A DNA stretch of 64,000 nucleotides from the NCBI GenBank assembly GCA_040285825.1, contig JAUPSS010000005.1:1302001-1366000 (forward strand). The letters are read 5' to 3'. Below, piece after piece: positions 60,014 through 64,000 of this stretch. Under the pieces are notes generated by a model, which made no database searches, was not told the origin of the DNA, and was given only the letters and a program-made list of their open reading frames with translations. This DNA comes from Eukaryota sp. TZLM1-RC. Its lineage: Eukaryota > Protista > Metamonada: BaSk clade. The translations under genes and the position numbers were made by a program. The stretch's first letter is position 1. Every line of letters begins with the position of its first letter.

Positions 60014-63000
60014 TTAAATTACATGTTTCACAAGTAATATACTACTGTAAAAAGATCCTATATATGAAAGCACAGCATTTTGCTGACCAGAATAAAAAGT
60101 TGATACAAGCAAGGCAATTGTTTGAACAACTAATTGAATGGTATATGGGAAATTTAAAAAAATCAGCAAAACAAACGATAAAAGCAATGACCGATACCTA
60201 TCATTATTTTTTTCTTCCTTGTGAATTAAATTGTAGCAATAACCACACACCACAATCAATAATAATGTTTCAATGTCAAAGTTAGAGTCGATTAATTTAC
60301 CATAAATACCAATTAAACCAGTAAACAAGCAGAAATGACAATAATAAGAGTCGCTGAATAAAAATTCTTGCTCCCAATATTTTCTGCAAAACCAATAATT
60401 GGCAAAAATGCAAAGAATTAGCACCAAAAACCCAAATTGATATCCAAATAATGATGCACTTAGAGAAAATGGTACAGTGATTAAAAGAATATTACCATTA
60501 ACAAATACTGATAAAACCATCAAAATTCTCAAAGGACAGATAGTTTGTCCTTTAGATTGAGTAAGTGAATAAATAGCATTTTCTGAAAGTGAAGGTTTAG
60601 TTAACCGTTTCAAAACTGTGTTGTAGAAATTTCTGGAAAATTTCAGATAATATTCACCAAATACCAACAAAAAAGCAAGTGTTAGATTGCAAACGAGTGC
60701 AATTGTCAAAGTAAAAACATTGTTTTTAATACAAACAAAGCCATATCTATCAGTTCCTGCAATACATTTAGTACAATCAATTCCTCTTGTATTGAATTGA
60801 CATTGATTGTTTCTACATGAATACCTATAGGGACATAAAATTAAACCTGTTTCGAGGTTGACCATATAACCATATGAAACAGTGGTTAATTCACCATATT
60901 CACAACTAGCAAATTTTGGGCACTTGACACAACTTGTCTCATCATCAAATTCAGATTTTGGACAAATGCATTGACTAAAATTCGAAGAACCAATTGTTCT
61001 GGTAATTTTGTACAGCGGACAATTGATACATTGTCCTAACATAGGATTATCCAAATAATAACCCAATGGGCAAGGTTCGCACTCCCCTACAGACCCAAGA
61101 ACTGTGCCTGGTTTACAATGACATTCGTTATTTAGGTTAATTCTAGTCGAATCACAGTCCTTCATGGTAAGCTCAATTGAAGCAAAATTTGTTTGATAAG
61201 AAAACAATATTTCAATATCAACCAATGGTAAGCCAGTGATTTCCAATTCACTTGAACTTGACACATGGTGGGTACTCACTGAGTCATGGAATGATTCAAC
61301 TTCAAATAAACTGAGTTTTTGGGTAAAATTAACCAGTAAATCTTGTGTTTTTAGGGTTAAGTTGAGCTTAATGATGACGCAACTGGAATGAAACACGTTT
61401 AAACGACTACATTGATCAATTTGAAGAACATTAACTAATAAATCTGTTTTGATTTCTTGCAAAAGTAGAAAGTTCAACTTTGTATTACCGGCAACATTAA
61501 GTTGAGCTGAATGATTTCCTGGATGGATACCTTGACTATCAAACTGAATTGAATTAGGCGAGTTGATATAATATTCATTATAATTGAAAGTTGTAGAATT
61601 CACTAAATTGGGTTGGTTAGACTCAAAACAATTAACCAGTAAGTTGAAAACATCACGACACTGTAATTCTATAATGAAAGAGTTTGAATTCAGAAAAATT
61701 CTGTCATTAGGTAGGAAAACAGAATGTGGTTTTTGAGGTTCAATTAAAGTACTTAATTCTGAAGTTGAATAATAACAATCAAAAGAAGAAAATGAATAAG
61801 TGATGGCGAATGGTTCAGTAATAACTTGACTTAGGAGTGTATTGTCTAATAATGAATAAATTGAGTCCAGATTTTCCATTCTCTTTCCTGCAAATTTATA
61901 ATAACCATCGATAAAAACGAAATCTCCAACAGATGTTATTCCAAGAAAATCATCAATTGGTCTCAAACACTTGCTACTTTTGTATCCATAAAGCTCTATT
62001 TCAAATATCAGTAAGTCTTCAAGTATTTCAAAGGTAATAGAGTTGACATTTCCTAAGTCAACCTCAGTACTACACATTAAAGCATCATCAAAACCATTCA
62101 AAAGTGATTCACATTTCCATAAATCATTGGTGGTATTACCAAGCCTAGTTGGTGAGTATTGGAAGGAATACGAGCATGAAGAATTTGTCGTCAATGTAAT
62201 AGAAGTAATTTGGTAGGTTTCAGCAAACTGAATGATCAGCTCATCTCCAGCTCGTAAACTAGAATAGCATTCACCAGATGCAACAAAGCAACACCTAGTT
62301 TTATCGAATAAATGACTTAATGGTTCAGTATTGATAACCAAATCTGAATATTGAACATAAAATAGTTGATCAGGAACAAAACACCGATCAACAAAAAAAG
62401 GTTCAGAATTTAACTCTAAAGTGCCAATTTCCAAGTCATAATAGTAAATACTAACCTTTACAAAGACTTTGTAAGTTGGAATAATGACCTTTTTACAAAT
62501 CAGATTAAAACTATCAATCAAGACTGTAAAAAATTCACCCTCTATGACACAATATATTGGAGGTTCTAGCTCAGTATCAGTTCTAATAACAACATCTTTG
62601 GGTTCGAAAATGGAAATCGTGGATTTGGATAAGAACTCAACGTCAAAAATTTGTAGTTGTGATACAATCATTGGTCCAAATAAATCAGAAATTAATTCCA
62701 AATCGACAATAGTGACAGCGTTGGTCAATGTCAGATCACTTGGTTTGAAAACAATCTCAATTGTTGAAATGTAATTGTTTAAATTCTTTACAAAAGAAAT
62801 CAATTTAAAAGCCAAATTCTTGCCTTCAATAGAAAGATAATAATCATTGAAGCTACTGAATGCTGCTGTAATTGACAGTATTATTGTGACAGTATCACAT
62901 TTAACAAAATAATTATTTCCTAACAACTCTAATTTTGGTGGTTCAACAACATCAAATATAAACTCTTTCATAAGTTTTGACTCGTTATAATGAACCACTA

Positions 63001-64000
63001 ATTCAATTACACAAACTTCCAATTCAGATCCAAGCACTTCCAACTCGACATTATTGAGTGTTGATGAATGGTTAACAAAGCATTCACCCAAAGAAGTAAT
63101 TTCAAAATTTGTAAAAAGCTCGGGAAAATTAATGGCAAAATTGTAAGGAAGATTTAAAGCAATAAACTTTGACACATGGTCCAAACTAATCATTTTTGAA
63201 ACAATTTTGGAGTTTAAAGTAATGATCCTGGAGTCTGCCCGTGGACTCAAAGAATTTTCCCCAGGGTATATTTTGAAAAACTGAGAAGCGTGAAATAATT
63301 CTAAATAAGACTGAGTGTAATGGGAGTGCACAATCAATTCTGAATTAGGGAAATAAAAAGGAACAATAACAATGAAATCATCACAATTAACAGTAAGTAA
63401 ATCAACAACGCTACCAAAACCAATATACTGCAATGATTGGTAACCTATAGAGGTAAAATCAACAGTGAATGATACAAACTGTTCTGCTACATGGGAAAGA
63501 TCAATTGCTTTGCCCCCAAAGATAAATGATTTTTTCCACAAAATGCTGTTGTAGAAATCAAAATTTTCACCTGTCAAAGTCATCAAAACATCAGTTGACC
63601 TATATTCCCATTGAACTAAACTTGGACTTAACGAATCAACCGAAACAGCCTTTGGTAAGTCATGAAGAGTGTTACAATAGAATCTGGTACATAACCTCAA
63701 CCTTGCTTCGGTTTTGCCTTCCTGGAATACTAACTTGACAGACATACATCCAGTTTCAAGAACCTTGTAGTCAATTACCTGGACGTCACCCTCACTTTGT
63801 GGATAATAATCGTATATATTGATAGAGTATAAATCTGCACATATTTCAATTATACATAATTGCTTAGTGATACATATGAATTCTGTAGGTAAAACAGAAA
63901 AATCAACAATTGGTAGTTCAATCAAATGTGCAAAATCATGAGAAAGTTCAATCAGGAGCTGCAAATTATCTACTCCAGAAAGGTCAAAATGGAGCTCAAA
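60014..64000 (-). CDS. 3' part of a paralogous giant surface protein, with a Cys-rich region and ~7-8 predicted TM segments (continues beyond the window)
   Basis: 60298-64000 is nearly identical to 39436-43138. It has a unique 94-aa hydrophobic C-terminus ending at TAA. Confidence 0.9.
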   Translation of the reverse strand, partial: FELHFDLSGVDNLQLLIELSHDFAHLIELPIVDFSVLPTEFICITKQLCIIEICADLYSINIYDYYPQSEGDVQVIDYKVLETGCMSVKLVFQEGKTEARLRLCTRFYCNTLHDLPKAVSVDSLSPSLVQWEYRSTDVLMTLTGENFDFYNSILWKKSFIFGGKAIDLSHVAEQFVSFTVDFTSIGYQSLQYIGFGSVVDLLTVNCDDFIVIVPFYFPNSELIVHSHYTQSYLELFHASQFFKIYPGENSLSPRADSRIITLNSKIVSKMISLDHVSKFIALNLPYNFAINFPELFTNFEITSLGECFVNHSSTLNNVELEVLGSELEVCVIELVVHYNESKLMKEFIFDVVEPPKLELLGNNYFVKCDTVTIILSITAAFSSFNDYYLSIEGKNLAFKLISFVKNLNNYISTIEIVFKPSDLTLTNAVTIVDLELISDLFGPMIVSQLQIFDVEFLSKSTISIFEPKDVVIRTDTELEPPIYCVIEGEFFTVLIDSFNLICKKVIIPTYKVFVKVSIYYYDLEIGTLELNSEPFFVDRCFVPDQLFYVQYSDLVINTEPLSHLFDKTRCCFVASGECYSSLRAGDELIIQFAETYQITSITLTTNSSCSYSFQYSPTRLGNTTNDLWKCESLLNGFDDALMCSTEVDLGNVNSITFEILEDLLIFEIELYGYKSSKCLRPIDDFLGITSVGDFVFIDGYYKFAGKRMENLDSIYSLLDNTLLSQVITEPFAITYSFSSFDCYYSTSELSTLIEPQKPHSVFLPNDRIFLNSNSFIIELQCRDVFNLLVNCFESNQPNLVNSTTFNYNEYYINSPNSIQFDSQGIHPGNHSAQLNVAGNTKLNFLLLQEIKTDLLVNVLQIDQCSRLNVFHSSCVIIKLNLTLKTQDLLVNFTQKLSLFEVESFHDSVSTHHVSSSSELEITGLPLVDIEILFSYQTNFASIELTMKDCDSTRINLNNECHCKPGTVLGSVGECEPCPLGYYLDNPMLGQCINCPLYKITRTIGSSNFSQCICPKSEFDDETSCVKCPKFASCEYGELTTVSYGYMVNLETGLILCPYRYSCRNNQCQFNTRGIDCTKCIAGTDRYGFVCIKNNVFTLTIALVCNLTLAFLLVFGEYYLKFSRNFYNTVLKRLTKPSLSENAIYSLTQSKGQTICPLRILMVLSVFVNGNILLITVPFSLSASLFGYQFGFLVLILCIFANYWFCRKYWEQEFLFSDSYYCHFCLFTGLIGIYGKLIDSNFDIETLLLIVVCGYCYNLIHKEEKNNDRYRSLLLSFVLLIFLNFPYTIQLVVQTIALLVSTFYSGQQNAVLSYIGSFYSSILLVKHVI

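Overview
AT-rich, intron-poor eukaryotic DNA, probably from a microbial eukaryote (inferred from composition and gene style), using the standard code. There are three parts. (1) 1-19.4 kb and 53.8-60 kb are retroelement graveyards. They hold many truncated copies of two RT + restriction-like-endonuclease (CRE/SLACS-type) non-LTR families, a deleted Ty3/gypsy chromovirus-like element with very short LTRs in a three-level nest with intact TSDs, and mosaic composites of RT, gag-like and surface-gene fragments. One ordinary gene, a nucleoside hydrolase, sits among them. (2) 19.4-53.8 kb (minus) is one continuous ~34 kb surface-protein coding locus of about 11,400 codons, including an uninterrupted 7,999-aa ORF, broken by six small lesions. 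It is built from shuffled modules: beta-helix repeats, 346-aa and 176-aa tandem repeats, IPT-like, Cys-rich and TM segments. It is demonstrably an in-frame chimera of two giant receptor/adhesin genes. (3) 60-64 kb is the 3' end of a near-identical paralog that keeps the original multi-pass C-terminus. The best candidate for an undescribed system is a tandem family of giant modular surface proteins remodelled by recombination, with retroelement-derived composite spacers that capture pieces of these genes. No rRNA, tRNA or CRISPR was seen.
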